A stretch of 64,000 nucleotides of DNA from assembly GCA_026936335.1 (NCBI GenBank), contig JAPMXV010000018.1:1-64000 (forward strand), written 5' to 3'. Made by a program: the position numbers and the translations under genes. The first letter of the stretch is position 1. Every line of letters starts with the position of its first letter. This stretch comes from Mantamonas sphyraenae STR306 (lineage: Eukaryota; Protista; CRuMs). The notes under the pieces are model-generated. The model was not told the origin of the DNA. It saw nothing but the letters and a program-made list of their open reading frames with translations, and ran no database searches. This document shows positions 12,241 through 25,200 of this stretch, in pieces.

Positions 12241-14898
12241 TCACTGTGCATTGGCAGCCGCCTCACGGGCGATGGCCAGAAATACCTCTTCCAGAGTGCT
12301 CTGGGAAAGCGCAAAGTCGCTGATCTGCAGCTCCTCGCGCTTCTCGGCCATGACGCGGAACACCTTGCTGATGACGACGTGCTCCTTGGGAATTTCAAAG
12401 TCCATGCGTCCGGCAAGCGGCGGGTTGAGCAGCTGCTGGGTGCCGTCAAACAGCTCGTTCACCACGTCCTCAACCTCACTCAGCTTTTCGTCCACGCTCG
12501 TGATCGTAAACTTGTAGCCCGAGCCGTAGCGAGCCTTGAGGCTCTCGGCCTCGCCCACACACTTGAGCTGACCCGCCGTCATGATGGCAATCTTGTCCGC
12601 GAGACCGTCTGCCTCCTCCATCGAGTGCGTCGTCAGAATCACGCACTTGTCCTTCTTTGCGTTGGCAATCACGTGCCACAGATCCTCCTGCGACGCAGGG
12701 TCCAGTCCTGTGGACGGCTCGTCCAGAAAGACGACGTGTGGGTCGCCAATGAGAGCAATGGCCACACTGAGGCGCCGCTTCATGCCGCCCGAAAACTCAC
12801 CCGCCTTTTTGTTGCCCACGTCAAAGAGGTTGACGCTCTTGAGCGACTCATCGACCTGTGACGTGAGCTCGTCGCCCACAAGATTCTTCAGGCGGCCGTA
12901 GAATTCCAGGTGCTCGCGAGCCGTGAGCGTGGGCCACAGCAGGTCGTGCTGCGGACACACACCCATGGACTGGTGCACGCTGTCCATGTCCGTGACAATG
13001 TTAAAGTCGTCCACCAGCGCATCGCCGGCTGTGGGTTCGTACAAGCCGGTGAGCACACTGATGAGGCTGGTCTTTCCCGCGCCGTTTGGACCGAGCAAGC
13101 AAACACACTCGCCACGGCGGAACGTGAGGTGGATCGGCTTGACCGCGGTATAGGCTGGCTGGCCATCGCGCGGCGGGTAGGTCTTTGTAAGACCACGCAC
13201 AACCACACCCATCTCTTTGCGCGCGTCCTCGTCGAGCGCCAGTTTCTTTTCGCGAGCCAGATCGTCGGGCATCGCGCTGACATCAGTGGCCCCCGTGTTG
13301 TTGAGCTCCAGGTCGTTTCCACCGCCCACTGCGCGAGAGTGCTGTTCCTCCTGCTCCTTGAGCTCGGCGAGCCGGGTCTCGCGGCTGATCCAGTACTTGC
13401 GGTCCAGGAAAAACAGGGCCGGCTTCTTGATGCCGTAGCCAAACGGCAGCACCTGGTCCAGATACACCGCCAAAAGCAGGTAGACAATGGCCTCGACCGA
13501 GAGGTAGGCGTACACCTCTCCAAACGGGTACGCGGAAGCGTCCATGGTGGCGAGCGTGACGCCCGCGCCGTTGTTGAGGATTGAGTTTGTAAAGTACAAC
13601 ACGCCGCGGTTCATGACAAAGGAGGGCACGAGACTCGTGAGGGCCAGAGTGAGTGCGTCCGCGGTGGCCGGGTTGACGAGATCGGCATTGATGCTGTTGC
13701 CGACGACAACCAGTCCGATGAGGAGAAAGTAGCTGACCACAGTTGCGGTGCGTGTGCTCTGGAAGAACACGGCGACAAAAAAGGCGAGGGAGATCTGAGC
13801 AAAGCCCCAGAGGAGGAAGAACAGAAACAGGGCGCCGAAGCCGTTGATGGCAAAGAAGCGGAACTGGAAAGCGTAGCTGAGTCCGGCAAACACAAAGAAG
13901 ATGACGAGGTAGAGTACCAGGTCCCAGAGGTAGTTGACCAGCCAGTAGACGCTTGTGCTCATGCCCATCATGGTCATGTTTTCGCGCAGACGCAATTCCT
14001 TCTCCGTGACCAGCGAGGCCACAAAGACGGGGAAGGGAAAGTGGACGATAAAGGTGAAAAACAGAGAGCCGACGAGAGAGACGAGATCAAACGAGACGGT
14101 GCGATCCTTGGTGGGGAAGCCACGAAAGAGGGTTGTGAGGGTTGCGTTGACGTGAGGCACCACGTTCTTGAAAAGAGCGGTATGCATCATGGCCATGATG
14201 CCCGAAACCTGAAGACCCGGAGAGGTGGGGCCGTCAAAGTTGAACCCGTTCTGGGAGCCGTTGTACCACAGTTTGTAGTCGAGCGTGTTTGCGTCGAGTT
14301 TGGAAAACCAAAAAGCAGTGGCAGCCTCAGGACTGCTCCAGTTGCCCAGAAGCACCTTGTCAACGGCGGCCTTGCTTTCGGCACGGTCAAAACGCAGCTG
14401 GAGACGCTGGTCGAGGGGAAGACCCGGAATGTCAATCCAGGGCAGGGGCGTGGGGCTCGGGGCAGCGGGAGGTGCACGCTGGACGACGCGTGGCGAGCCA
14501 AACACAGTGGTGGTGCTCCAGGAAAAGTTGCCGAGGATGCCCGTTCGTGTGGCGGGCGTGGTCGGGGGCGGAATCGGGGGGCCCGGCACAACCAGAGAGC
14601 CGAGGCGATTGAGGTCGACGCCTGCGTCGGCGACGTAGGGCAGACTAAGGGCCATCGACTGGCGGCTGAGGCCAAGCTCGTAGGCGCGCTGAATCACAAA
14701 GGGAGAGCCGCGTGGGTGCGGCGTGCCCTTGATGTCGTTGGTAAAGTCGTTGGACACGAGCTGGAGCAGCACGAGGAGGGCGACCATGAGTACCGGAAAG
14801 ATAATTTGGCACAGGTTGGTTTTGTAGGCGCGCTTCTGCAGCACCCAGTTCTTGGCAAACACTGCCTTGAACTGGTAGCCAAACGAGCTGGTTTCTGC
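12241..14898 (-). CDS. ABCA-family half transporter (TMD-NBD); first exon unresolved
   Basis: Walker A GPNGAGKT, 'GVCPQHDLLW', signature FSGGMKRRLS, Walker B FLDEPSTGLD, 'EKELRLRE.M..MG'. Acceptor ctgcag near 14900. Confidence 0.93.
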   Translation of the reverse strand, partial: AETSSFGYQFKAVFAKNWVLQKRAYKTNLCQIIFPVLMVALLVLLQLVSNDFTNDIKGTPHPRGSPFVIQRAYELGLSRQSMALSLPYVADAGVDLNRLGSLVVPGPPIPPPTTPATRTGILGNFSWSTTTVFGSPRVVQRAPPAAPSPTPLPWIDIPGLPLDQRLQLRFDRAESKAAVDKVLLGNWSSPEAATAFWFSKLDANTLDYKLWYNGSQNGFNFDGPTSPGLQVSGIMAMMHTALFKNVVPHVNATLTTLFRGFPTKDRTVSFDLVSLVGSLFFTFIVHFPFPVFVASLVTEKELRLRENMTMMGMSTSVYWLVNYLWDLVLYLVIFFVFAGLSYAFQFRFFAINGFGALFLFFLLWGFAQISLAFFVAVFFQSTRTATVVSYFLLIGLVVVGNSINADLVNPATADALTLALTSLVPSFVMNRGVLYFTNSILNNGAGVTLATMDASAYPFGEVYAYLSVEAIVYLLLAVYLDQVLPFGYGIKKPALFFLDRKYWISRETRLAELKEQEEQHSRAVGGGNDLELNNTGATDVSAMPDDLAREKKLALDEDARKEMGVVVRGLTKTYPPRDGQPAYTAVKPIHLTFRRGECVCLLGPNGAGKTSLISVLTGLYEPTAGDALVDDFNIVTDMDSVHQSMGVCPQHDLLWPTLTAREHLEFYGRLKNLVGDELTSQVDESLKSVNLFDVGNKKAGEFSGGMKRRLSVAIALIGDPHVVFLDEPSTGLDPASQEDLWHVIANAKKDKCVILTTHSMEEADGLADKIAIMTAGQLKCVGEAESLKARYGSGYKFTITSVDEKLSEVEDVVNELFDGTQQLLNPPLAGRMDFEIPKEHVVISKVFRVMAEKREELQISDFALSQSTLEEVFLAIAREAAANAQ

Positions 14899-15311
14899 AG
14901 GCGGTGGAACAAATGCGCCGAGAGAAAGAGACCCGCCCGCACAGCAGCCGGTGGGGTCGTGGATGAGACAGACATGACACGAGTGCGTTTACATATCACA
15001 GCGATGTCAGACGGGTGAGTATGCGAATGTGAACAGGGCCGGGTCAGCGACGGGCACGGTGGGAAAAGTGGAACGCCGAAACGGACTGAGGCCTTCTTCT
15101 TGTCACGCCGAAACCTACCGCGCGCTTTTTGTTCTTTTGACGACCTGGGGCAGGACACGGGAGGGAAGCGTGAGCAGGGGAGGTGGGAGCGGAAAGAGAC
15201 AAACACGGAGCGGGGCGGAGGGGGGTCCATGCAGTACGACGCACATTGGGTCCGTTGTGGTTGGCCCAAATCGCGCCAACCAAAAAAAGTGCAGAAAAAA
15301 GTGCAGAAGGA

Positions 15312-18095
15312 ATGGTCGACGACACGTTGTTGGAGAAGCAAGCCACAAAGGACGGATACTTTGAGAAGCGTGTGCTTCAGGTCGGTCTACTCCTGAAAAA
15401 GAACTTTATCTTGGCTGTAGGTTGTGGCGAGAGCGTGGGGAAGCGTGCACAGGCTGGTAGAGAGGGCCCGTGTCTGCTGGAAGGAATTTCTCACGGGCTG
15501 ACAAAACGGACCGCGGACACTTTGGACGGGCGAAACATATGCAGAAACGCAACCGCAGGGCAACATTCCTGCAACTCGGGGTGCCGCTGATCTTTATCTT
15601 GCTCCTGTTTCTGCTGTCACTGGATCAGGGCAATGCAGCGATCCCTGCGACGAACCAACCGGTTCAGGCGATCGACGCGGGCGTGGTGCGCTGCTACAAG
15701 TGGAACGGACAGCCATGTGTCAGCCTTGCGGTGTCACCCATGAACGACACAGACGTGCGTGCAGTGGTGAGCAAGGTGCAAGCGGCATCGTCGATCCCAG
15801 ATGACGAGGTGAAGTACTTTGCTACGCCCGAGGCGCTGGACGACTATTTGCTGGCCAACGAAAACACGACGCTGGCCGGGTTTATCTTTCGCAACGGCAC
15901 GTACACGTTTCCGCACTCGGTGCAATACGAGATTGTGTACAACCAAACGACGACGTGCCGCAGTTCGGCCGATTGCACGGATCCGACACGCGATCTGCTG
16001 CTGCGAATGCAGGTGGCCATGGACCGAGCGATTGTGTCCCACGTCACGTCCAACGCCAACTTTGACCTCAAGGTGGGCTACATCGACTTTCCTCGCCCTG
16101 CCTTGACTCAGGACCTTGCGTCTGCGCTTGCGCCGACCTTCATCTTTGGGGCCATTGTGTTTTCGTTTGTGATCCAGATTTCGTCCATTGTGACGGAGAA
16201 GGAGAACAAGCTGCGAGAGGGCCTGCGTGTGATGGGTCTGAAGGATTCGTCGTTCTGGCTGTCGTGGTTTCTCTACGTGACGGTGGTGAACACGTTGAGC
16301 GCGCTGATCCTGTGCGTGGCCGGCATTGCCTTTGGCATCCAGTTTTTCGTGCTGAACGAGTTTAGCACCTACTTTGTGCTGTTTTTCCTCTTTGAGACGA
16401 GCATTTCCCTGCTGGCGTTCTTCCTGAGCACGCTGTTGACGCGCAGCAGCGCGGCGTCGACGATGGGCTTTCTGTTTTTCCTCGTTGGTCTGATCATCCA
16501 GTCGCTGGCCGGAGTGATCTACAACGAGAACGTGCTGTCTTTGGACGAGATCAAGGCGTTTTCGCTGCTCCCGATGGCTGTATTTGGCAAGGGAATGGCG
16601 GATCTCGCTGTGAGCGGCGGCTCGACCGAAGGAGTCAAGTGGGCAGACATCGCAGACACGTCAGACCTGTTTCCGCTGTCGGAGGTGTATGCATGGCTGC
16701 TATACGACAGCCTGATCTTTGCGGCACTGACGTGGTACGTTGACGCCGTGTTTCCGGGAGAATTCGGCACGCCTCGCGTGCCGTACTTTTTCGTGCTGCC
16801 GTCGTACTGGACAGACTCCAAGCAGGAGGTGAGCACAGAGGTGGCGTGGGACCAAACATACCTGCTGCCGGACGAGCCTGTGGACCAAGATGTGCTGAAG
16901 GAGATGGGCAAGGTGGAGAGCGGAGCGGCGGACGACGGACACCACGCCATGGTGGTGAAGAAGCTGGTCAAGAGGTTCCGAGCGACCCCTTTTGTGGACA
17001 GGCCGGGCTTGGACTTTGTTGCCGTGCGCGGAGTGTCATTCTCGATGCGAGACAAGAGCCTGACAGCTGTGCTGGGCCACAATGGAGCGGGAAAGAGCAC
17101 GCTGATCAACATGCTGACGGGAATGTTTGGTCAGAGCGAGGGCACGGCATCCATCTTTGGGATGTCGATCGAGAACGAGATGGACGAGATCCGCAAGGTG
17201 TTGGGAGTGTGCCCGCAGCACGACATCCTGTGGGACCAGATGACGGGCAAGGAGCACCTGGAAATGTTTGCGCAGCTGAAGGGGGTCGTCGATTACAAGG
17301 GAGAGGCACAGGCACGCCTGGAGCAGGTTGGGCTGACGGAGCACCAGGACAAGTCGGCCGGAGCGTATTCGGGAGGCATGCGCCGTCGCCTGTCCGTGGC
17401 AATTGCGCTGACGGGCGACCCGCGTGTGGTGTTTCTGGACGAGCCGACGACGGGAATGGATCCCGTGAGCCGACGTCAGGTGTGGAACATCATCGAAGCC
17501 GCCAAGAAGGGCCGTGCGGTCGTGCTGACGACTCACAGCATGGAGGAAGCAGACATGCTGTCCGATCGAATCATGGTGATGGCACGCGGAACGATCCAGG
17601 CGATTGGCGACAATGTGCGCCTGAAGAACCGATTCGGATCGGGCTACAAGCTGAACGTGACGATGAACGTGGACAGCGTCGACTCGGTGGACAAGTACGT
17701 CTTGGAGCGCGTGCCGGGGTCGCACATCGAGGCCAAGGTGGAGTCGAGCGTGGCGGTGGTGACGTACGTGCTGCCTCGTGAGTTTGCAGACGAGTTGCCA
17801 GACTTTTTCCACGCGTTGGAGCAAGCCAAGGAAGAGCTGGGCGTGCAGGTGTTTACGGTGTCGCAGACATCGCTGAACACCGTGTTTCTCAACCTGTCGG
17901 AGCGCACTGAGGAGTACCACCGGGCACGCAAGGGCGAGCCGGTCATCTTGCGCCAGCGCGCACCGCACCAGGTGCCCACGAACCAACGTGCCCTCGAGTG
18001 CCGCGAGCCAGGCGTCGGACTCCAGCGGTGTGGGACCGGGAAAGATCGTTGTGGAGAGCAACGACCAGCCTGGAGTGGCCGTGGTGGAGCAGTGA
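15312..18095 (+). CDS. ABCA-family half transporter (TMD-NBD)
   Basis: Exon 1 15312-15416, intron 15417-15544. GHNGAGKS, GVCPQHDILW, YSGGMRRRLS, FLDEPTTGMD. The ORF as given runs to 18289, into the next gene; a frameshift near 17950 with a stop at ~18095 is likely. Confidence 0.92.
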
Positions 18096-18179
18096 AGCGG
18101 AGAAATGAACCTTTCATGACATCATTGCATTATCGTGCGACGATACAGCCATTCTCCAGGGTCTCGCGCGAGGTGGGCA

Positions 18180-19877
18180 ATGGAAATCCCAGAGGACGAA
18201 GAAGACGAGTTTGCGGGAGTCTTGGCAGAGGACCTGTTGCTGCAGGCAGCATCGACACAGTACCCGCAACAGGCGCAAGAAAGACGTAGGAATGAAGAGA
18301 GCGAGGAGGAGGAGGAGGAGGAACCTGAGGATGTGACAAGCATGCCGCTGGGCCAGTTGCCAGAGGAGGTGCTGGTTCGGATTGCCTCGTTCCTTCCCAC
18401 GGGCTCGTTCCTGGCGCTGTCAGAGACATCGTGGCGAATGTACGAGGCACTAAACAGCGACGAGGGCCACGGCGTGTTGTGGGACCGAGTCAAGGCCGAG
18501 GCGGGGGCTGTGCGTGCTGTGCGCGCCGAGTACTGTGCTGCGGACCTGCCTGCCGATCTGGCGCAGCGTCGCAAGGGCCTGTATCTGGCACTGCTGCAGC
18601 GAGACGCGGACCTGGGCATGGTGTTGACGCCCAAGCAGCGAGAACTGTTGCGTGTCCGCACCGATGAAGCGACTGGATACTCTGAGCAGGAGGGCAAACC
18701 CGTGGACGTGGCGAACCGGTTGCTGGAAAAGCTGGAATTGAAGGAGGTGGTGGATGTAAGCAGTGGCGTGTGGTCGCTGCGTGATGCAGCGGTGGCACTG
18801 TGGACGGCGCGCAGCCGAGGGTTGGACGTGCTGGCACGGCGTGCTCTGGACGAGTACGAGAGCGCGCCCGCACTCAATGCGCGGTGCCGGCACAGCCTGT
18901 CGATTGCAGGGAGGCTGGAGCTGCCGTGGTTTGCGAGCGTGGTGGGCGTACTTGCTGTGGCGTACGTGGTGCCGTTGTTACTGCTTGTGTTTACGGTGGA
19001 CGGGCCGGGCGAAGGCGTGGTGCCGTTCAGGGTGTGGGCACACGTCGGACTGCTGGTTGCGTTTTGCGTGTGCATGGTTGCACGATTGACACACAGTGTG
19101 TGGCCGTCTCTTGCAGTGACGGTGACTGTGGCATTCTTCTTTGCAATCGGTGGAGGTCTGGTTTGCTTTGCCACGGGTTGGCTGGGCGGATGGATGGTGT
19201 ATGGCGCACTGGACGGGTGCATGCACTACGACGGCATGAGTGAGATTGAACGGCTGGCATTTGTGTTTGTAGCTTCAGTGCCCGGTGTGTTTGCGGCGCT
19301 GACGTGGTCCTTGATGCTTCTGACGGGGCTTGTGGACCTTTTGCGTGGACGCGGCATGGCCAGGCTGAAGCTTGCGGTAGTGCCCAACGCGGCCGTGTCG
19401 TACACGTTGATGACTTTGCCCGTGTCGGTTAGCCTATACCAGCAGTGCGGTGTCCTGGACGCGAGGGCAGGCTCGGCCGCGCCTTCGCTTGTGGCCGTGG
19501 CGCTCATGATGGTGCAGCTTGCACGGTGCTACAAACACGCGGGTGAGCGGCGCACGGCATTGCGGGTGTTGGCAGTGTGCGGTAGTGCATGCACTAGCAA
19601 CGCATTGCTGGTGCTCAGGCGTGCGCTGGGCTGGCGTGTGTTGGCCTGGCCACTGGCTCTCGGCGTCCTTCCACTGGTGTTTGTGACGGGTTCGTTTGTT
19701 GCCGACTGGTATGCAAGTGTCAGCTTCCAATACTTGCGGCTCAGGGTGGCCCAGGGTGAGCGGCCGTACTATCTGCCGCGGACGATTGATCTGCTGCGAC
19801 TGATCAAGACGAGCCTCGAGATGCGGCGCATCCGTGGTGGTGGCCAAGGCGGAGGTGGTGAGTGGCAGGTGTTGTGA
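18180..19877 (+). CDS. F-box protein with multiple C-terminal transmembrane helices
   Basis: 'LGQLPEEVLVRIASFLPTGSFLALSETSWRMY' F-box after an acidic N-terminus; several hydrophobic segments downstream. Confidence 0.78.
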   Translation: MEIPEDEEDEFAGVLAEDLLLQAASTQYPQQAQERRRNEESEEEEEEEPEDVTSMPLGQLPEEVLVRIASFLPTGSFLALSETSWRMYEALNSDEGHGVLWDRVKAEAGAVRAVRAEYCAADLPADLAQRRKGLYLALLQRDADLGMVLTPKQRELLRVRTDEATGYSEQEGKPVDVANRLLEKLELKEVVDVSSGVWSLRDAAVALWTARSRGLDVLARRALDEYESAPALNARCRHSLSIAGRLELPWFASVVGVLAVAYVVPLLLLVFTVDGPGEGVVPFRVWAHVGLLVAFCVCMVARLTHSVWPSLAVTVTVAFFFAIGGGLVCFATGWLGGWMVYGALDGCMHYDGMSEIERLAFVFVASVPGVFAALTWSLMLLTGLVDLLRGRGMARLKLAVVPNAAVSYTLMTLPVSVSLYQQCGVLDARAGSAAPSLVAVALMMVQLARCYKHAGERRTALRVLAVCGSACTSNALLVLRRALGWRVLAWPLALGVLPLVFVTGSFVADWYASVSFQYLRLRVAQGERPYYLPRTIDLLRLIKTSLEMRRIRGGGQGGGGEWQVL

Positions 19878-19894
19878 TGGGCAATGGTCTGTGT

Positions 19895-22192
19895 TTAAAG
19901 TTCCTGTGCGGCGAGAATGCGGTCGAGTTGCGTCTGCATGGCGTCTTGAGTCTCCAGGATCGCGGTGAGCATTTCGCGCGTCTCGTCCACGTCTTCTTCG
20001 TCTTCGGACAGCGAGTCCCATGGATCCTCTTCAGCTTCACCGCGTTCAGAGGGGTCGCTTTCGAGGCCTGTGACGCTTACGCCACGGCGAGCGCGCATGG
20101 CTTTGCGGCGGCGGCGTTCTTCACGTTCGTCGATTTTGCGTGCTCTCTGCAGTGGTTCCTTGTAGCCTTCGTGGTCGTGAAGGACGCGGTAGAGCCGGAG
20201 AAGGCGCTGGACCTCGTCCGCACTGATGTGTGTGTCCAGGCGCATGGAGAGCTGTTCTTCGGTGAGTTCTGTGTTTTTTGCGTGGTGGAGACCCGGAATG
20301 CTGTCGAGCTTGTCCAGGAGCTGTTCGTCGTCGACGCTCGAGTCCATGCGCTCCTGCTTGCGCATGCGAGCGACGCGGACGAGGTTGCGCCAGGCACGCG
20401 CAGCCTGCGTGGTGAGGTCGAACCGGCTCAGATGCTTGTGCGCTTCCTGGTACGCGTCGTTGATGATGGCCAAGAACATGTTGACAAGGATGAAAAACAC
20501 CAGGACCACAAAGAGAACGTAGAAGAGCGGGCCCAGCACACGGTTTGCGCGTGACATGGCGTCAAGATTAAAATCGCCAAGTGCCATGTTGAAGCAGGTG
20601 GTCACGGAGCCCCAAAAGGTATCAAACTCGTCCATGGCGCCGCCAAACTGGATGTGGCCCATGGTGGCGAACCCGAGAAACACAATGAAGAAAAAGATGG
20701 AAAACGCCAGCAGGTCCGTGCTGGCCACGCTGAGGGTTCTCCATATCAGCGACATGCGTGCACTCACTTCCAGAAACTTGAAAATCTTCAAAAAGGAAAG
20801 AAAGACGTTGAACGAGGTGAAGTTGACGATGCTGACAAAGTCACGCGCCCAGCCGTCCAAGGACGGATACTCCTGCAGTGACGGGTCGCCCAGCTTGGGG
20901 GGCACGGGCCTTCCAGCGTACGCAATCTGCCAGACAATGATGACGAGAAAGAAGGCCAGGTTGAGAACATCGACGGCGTTCCACGCGGTGAAGTAGAGCG
21001 CAAGACGGCCCTTTCGGTGGAGGTCGAGGATCTCCGAGACCTCTGAGTAGATGAAGAAGCCAATGAACAGCAGGACAAAGATCTCCACAACCAGACGGCC
21101 CCAGTCGTCGGCCAGATGGTACAGGCCTGGGCGAAACGGGCGAAAGTTGTACGAGGGGCGCAGCCTGCCTGCATCGTCCGTTTCGACCATGACCTGGACC
21201 TGAATGAACATGTCCAGATGTCCATTGTAGGCACTGAAAGTCACAAAGACGACGCTTGTCTGGCGATCGACAAATCCGTTTGCTTTCATGGCGGCGACCT
21301 GGCAGCTCACAAAGGCTTCGGTCGTGTTTTCGCCGTCGCAAGGAGTGCGGATGCGACCTTTTTGCAGGTACAGATCGGCAATGAAGCCGTCGCCCGGGTA
21401 GAAGCGGTTGGCCGAGATGTGCGACACTTCGGTGGGGGTGTGTGTGGGCGTTCCGCGACGCGTCTCGAGGAAGCGGTAGGGCCCAAACAGGGTGCCGTTT
21501 GCAACTTTGTTGCGTGCTGGGTCGTAACGGGGGACACACTTGGGGTAGAGGGGACGCATGAGGCGGTTTGGGCAGTCGGTGAGATATTGACACGCAGCTG
21601 GCGGAAGCGGACGGCCCCCACAATGCGGTTGACGTTGGCAACGTAGCGGAGCCTGTCTGCAGGCAACGGATTGCCAGCTGCATCTGTGTTGACGGTGAGG
21701 GCGCCGACCAAGGGCCCCTCCACCCATTGCCAAAAGTCGTCGATCTTGGAAATGTCGGCAAACGTCTTTGCGTACTGGACGCCTTCAAACTCGTCCTCGA
21801 TGATGTTGGACACCAGCGCCTGTTCCATGCGGTGTGTATCTGTGACATTGCGCAGCATGGTCAGCTGGAGGATGTACAGGACAATGAACACGGCGTAAAT
21901 GCCAAAGTCGCGCACAAGGCGCTTGCGCTTGACACGCAGAGCCATGATTGCCAGCAGATCTCCCACGCGCACTTTGGTGGCTGTGTAAATGCATTCATGG
22001 GAGACGTTGTGGGTGTGTGAGGAGAGACGGAAGGCTCTTGCGAAAATACAGCAAAAACACACACCTACGTTCTTCCTCTTCGCCGTGCAGCTTCTCGAGG
22101 ACAGAGCTGGCACGGCGCGAGCGTGTGGACGGGCTGTCCAAGCTTTCGGTGGCCAGTCCGTGGAGCTCTACCGCTTCGTCGTCGGATGCCAT
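19895..22192 (-). CDS. PKD2: Polycystin-2-like (TRPP) cation channel
   Basis: 'NRIVGAVRFRQLRV', 'YFTAWNAVD', pore 'CFNMALGDF', 'FILVNMFLAIINDAY'. Intron 21981-22068; apparent single-base frameshift near 21585 links ORFs 21307..22113 and 19895..21733. Confidence 0.9.
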
Positions 22193-22237
22193 GCGGGCTG
22201 GGCTGGGTGTGCTGTGGAGCGATGACGTTTGGCGCCG

Positions 22238-25200
22238 ATGGCGCCAACAATGTGGTGTCGTCGCGTGCTCGGTGCTGCGGTGCTGCTGCTTGGGTTGTTG
22301 GCGTGCAGTGGTGCGTGTGGACCGGAGGAGCGAGCTGCGCTGGCTGCAGTGATGGGCGCGCTGCCCGTGTCGGTGCCGTCGGACGTGCAAAGCCGCTGCT
22401 ACTGCTTGTGGATGAACGGAACGACGTGCAGTGCGAGTGCAGACCTATCCATGGCCGACTGTGGGCCAGGATGGCATCTGACCACGTTGTTCCGGCGTGA
22501 TCCGCTCGGCGGGCGGCTGGTGGATCAGCTTTGTGATCTCCAGGCCTTGCAAAACCTGACGCTGCGCGACACATGGCTGGTGGGATCGGTTCCGCAGTGC
22601 ATGGGACGCCTGGGACAGCTGCAGCACCTCGATCTGTCTTTCAACCACCTCACTGGGCCTGTGCCCACGTCGTTGGGCGATTTGAGGAATCTTCGGCACC
22701 TCGCTTTCCACTTTACAGAGCTGAGCGGCGAGCTACCGGCATCCCTATGTAATCTGGACATGCTAGAGACTTTGGACTTTCGCTCACGCTTCCTCACCGG
22801 CCCGATTCCGGTCGAAATTGGACGATTGTCGCGGCTGCGCGTGCTGTACCTGTACCACAGCATGTTTTCGGGCCCCATTCCTCCGTCCATCAGCAATCTC
22901 ACGCTTTTAGAGGATCTGCGGCTGTTTTCAAACCGGCTGAGTGGGGCGATTCCGCCGAGCGTGAGCCGGCTCCGACGCCTGCGGATCTTTGACGTGCGCT
23001 CAAACCAGCTTACGGGCACCCTGCCTGACTTTACCAACATGACGCAGCTGGAGTACTTGATCGCATTCAACAATGAGCTTACAGGGTCGATACCGCCGTC
23101 GATCGGGCATCTGCCGCGGCTTGTGCAACTCTTTCTGCAGTCCAACAGGCTGACGGGGCCCATCCCTGCTTCGTTTGGCAATCTGAAGCGAGTGAAGACG
23201 TTGCGCCTGTCATACAACCAACTGAGTGGCCCAATTCCACGTGAATTGGAGTGGATGGACAACGTGGAGTTGCTGGACCTCGACCACAATGCGTTCTCAG
23301 GTCCGCTCCCGCAAGTCTCCAACGAGGCCTGGCCGAATCTGAGGCGGCTGCAACTGGGTTACAATCAACTTTCGGGCAGTTTTCCGGGCGTTGTGTTCAA
23401 CCTGGGACAGCTGACGCAGGTGGATATCGCACACAACAACTTTTCGTCGCTGGGGGCGTCAGGGTCGGTGATTTCCACCTTTCTCACGGATCTGGACGCG
23501 TCTCACAACCCATACCTTTGCGGAAACGTGTCCAAGTTGCCCGACATGTTCAGCATCGAGCGGCTTTTGCTCCACAACACCCAGCTTCAAGGAAAGCTGG
23601 ACACGTTTCGCTCGACGACGCGTCTGCAGCGCCTGGACGTGTCCAACACCAACTTGACGGGCGGGTTTAGCGAGGCGTTTGCCAACGCGTCTGTCCTCTG
23701 GTACCTGGACGTATCGCGCACGCAGATGCAGTTGCAGCAGGGTTACACAGGGTTCCTGAAGCCACTGGTCAATGAGAGCCACCAGGTGGATCAAGTGAGC
23801 TGTCAGACGTTCACAAGTGCGCACAGGGACATGCTTTTCTTCTACGACGCGCAAAACTGGATCGAGCAGTGTGAGTGCGACGATGGCTGGACCGGCCACA
23901 GGCAGCGGTGCAAAGAGTGTCCTCTTGTGTTTGCACGCTGCAACTGCACCAACGGTACCATCTCTGGTTGTCGCGTGGTACCGGGCAACACAAGCACGGT
24001 GGCACCGTACGTGCAAACGATGGCCAACGGGGAATTCAACCTACACACAGCGCGCGTGCTTCCGTGCCCTGCGGCGTCCATGTGTGGTCCGCTCCGCGTA
24101 GACAACACCCAACCAGCCGAAAACATGCTCCATTGTGCGCAGGGCTACCGCGACGGCTCGCGTGTGTGCTCCGAATGCGACGCCGGCTTCTACAGACACG
24201 GCAAGACGTGCACACAGTGTCCCAACAGCACGTGGATGGCAATCACGCTGTGTCTGCTGCTTCTGGGGTTCATTGGTGCCCTTGTGGCGGTGAATCGCAT
24301 GCGGCTCTTTGCCGGCAGCGACATGGGCACGCTCAAGATCATGCTGTTCTTCTGGCAGATTCTGGACATCATTGAACAGAGCTCCATGTCACTCACGGCA
24401 GCAACGGCAGCTGTAGCAGGTACAGATGAAGGAGATCTGCGCGGATTTTCAGACTCGCTTCACCGTCTGCTGGGCGAGGTGAGCGCCGTCTTCAACTTGA
24501 GTCCGAGCTCGCTTCCATGTCTCTTTGCGCCAACACCGGGGTACACAGAGCGATGGGCAGCTGCCTTTCTGCTGGGCACGGCATCGATTGTACCTCTGTT
24601 ATGCACTGGAGCGGCCATGACGTATGCATGGCGGCGCTGGCAGGGCTGGCGGTTGGGACGCGAAGCTGTGGAGTTGCAGCAAGATGCTGATTGGGTGGTG
24701 CTTGATCAGGCGACGAAACGCAAGCCTGCGTGGCATCGCGCAGCTGGATTGTTGTTGTTTGCGCTGCATGTCGCCTACTCGCCCATCCTGCTGTCTGTGC
24801 TGTCGATGGTTGCGTGCACTGATCCGACACTGGGCAAGCCCGAAGGCTCGCAGCAGATGTTCCTATCCAGCCTTCCGTATCTCGTGTGCTCTTCCGACAA
24901 CACAGACCCCACTTTGCTGGCTGTACAGGCGGTGGCTGTGCTGCTCCTCGTCGTCGTCGGCATCGGCCTGCCGCTGTTTGATCTCATGGCGCTGCTGTGG
25001 CTTCGTTGGACGGATCAACTGCAGTCTGAATGGGCCGAGACGGTGTTTGGGTTCCTGTACCGGTGCTACAGGGACGACTATTTTTGGTACGAGGTGTTTG
25101 TGATGGTGCGCCGATTCCTCGTCACCTTGGTTGTCACAACGGTGCCCTTTTACGACCGCACCACATTCTTTGTCACCCTGTACGTGGTTCTGGCTGTTTC

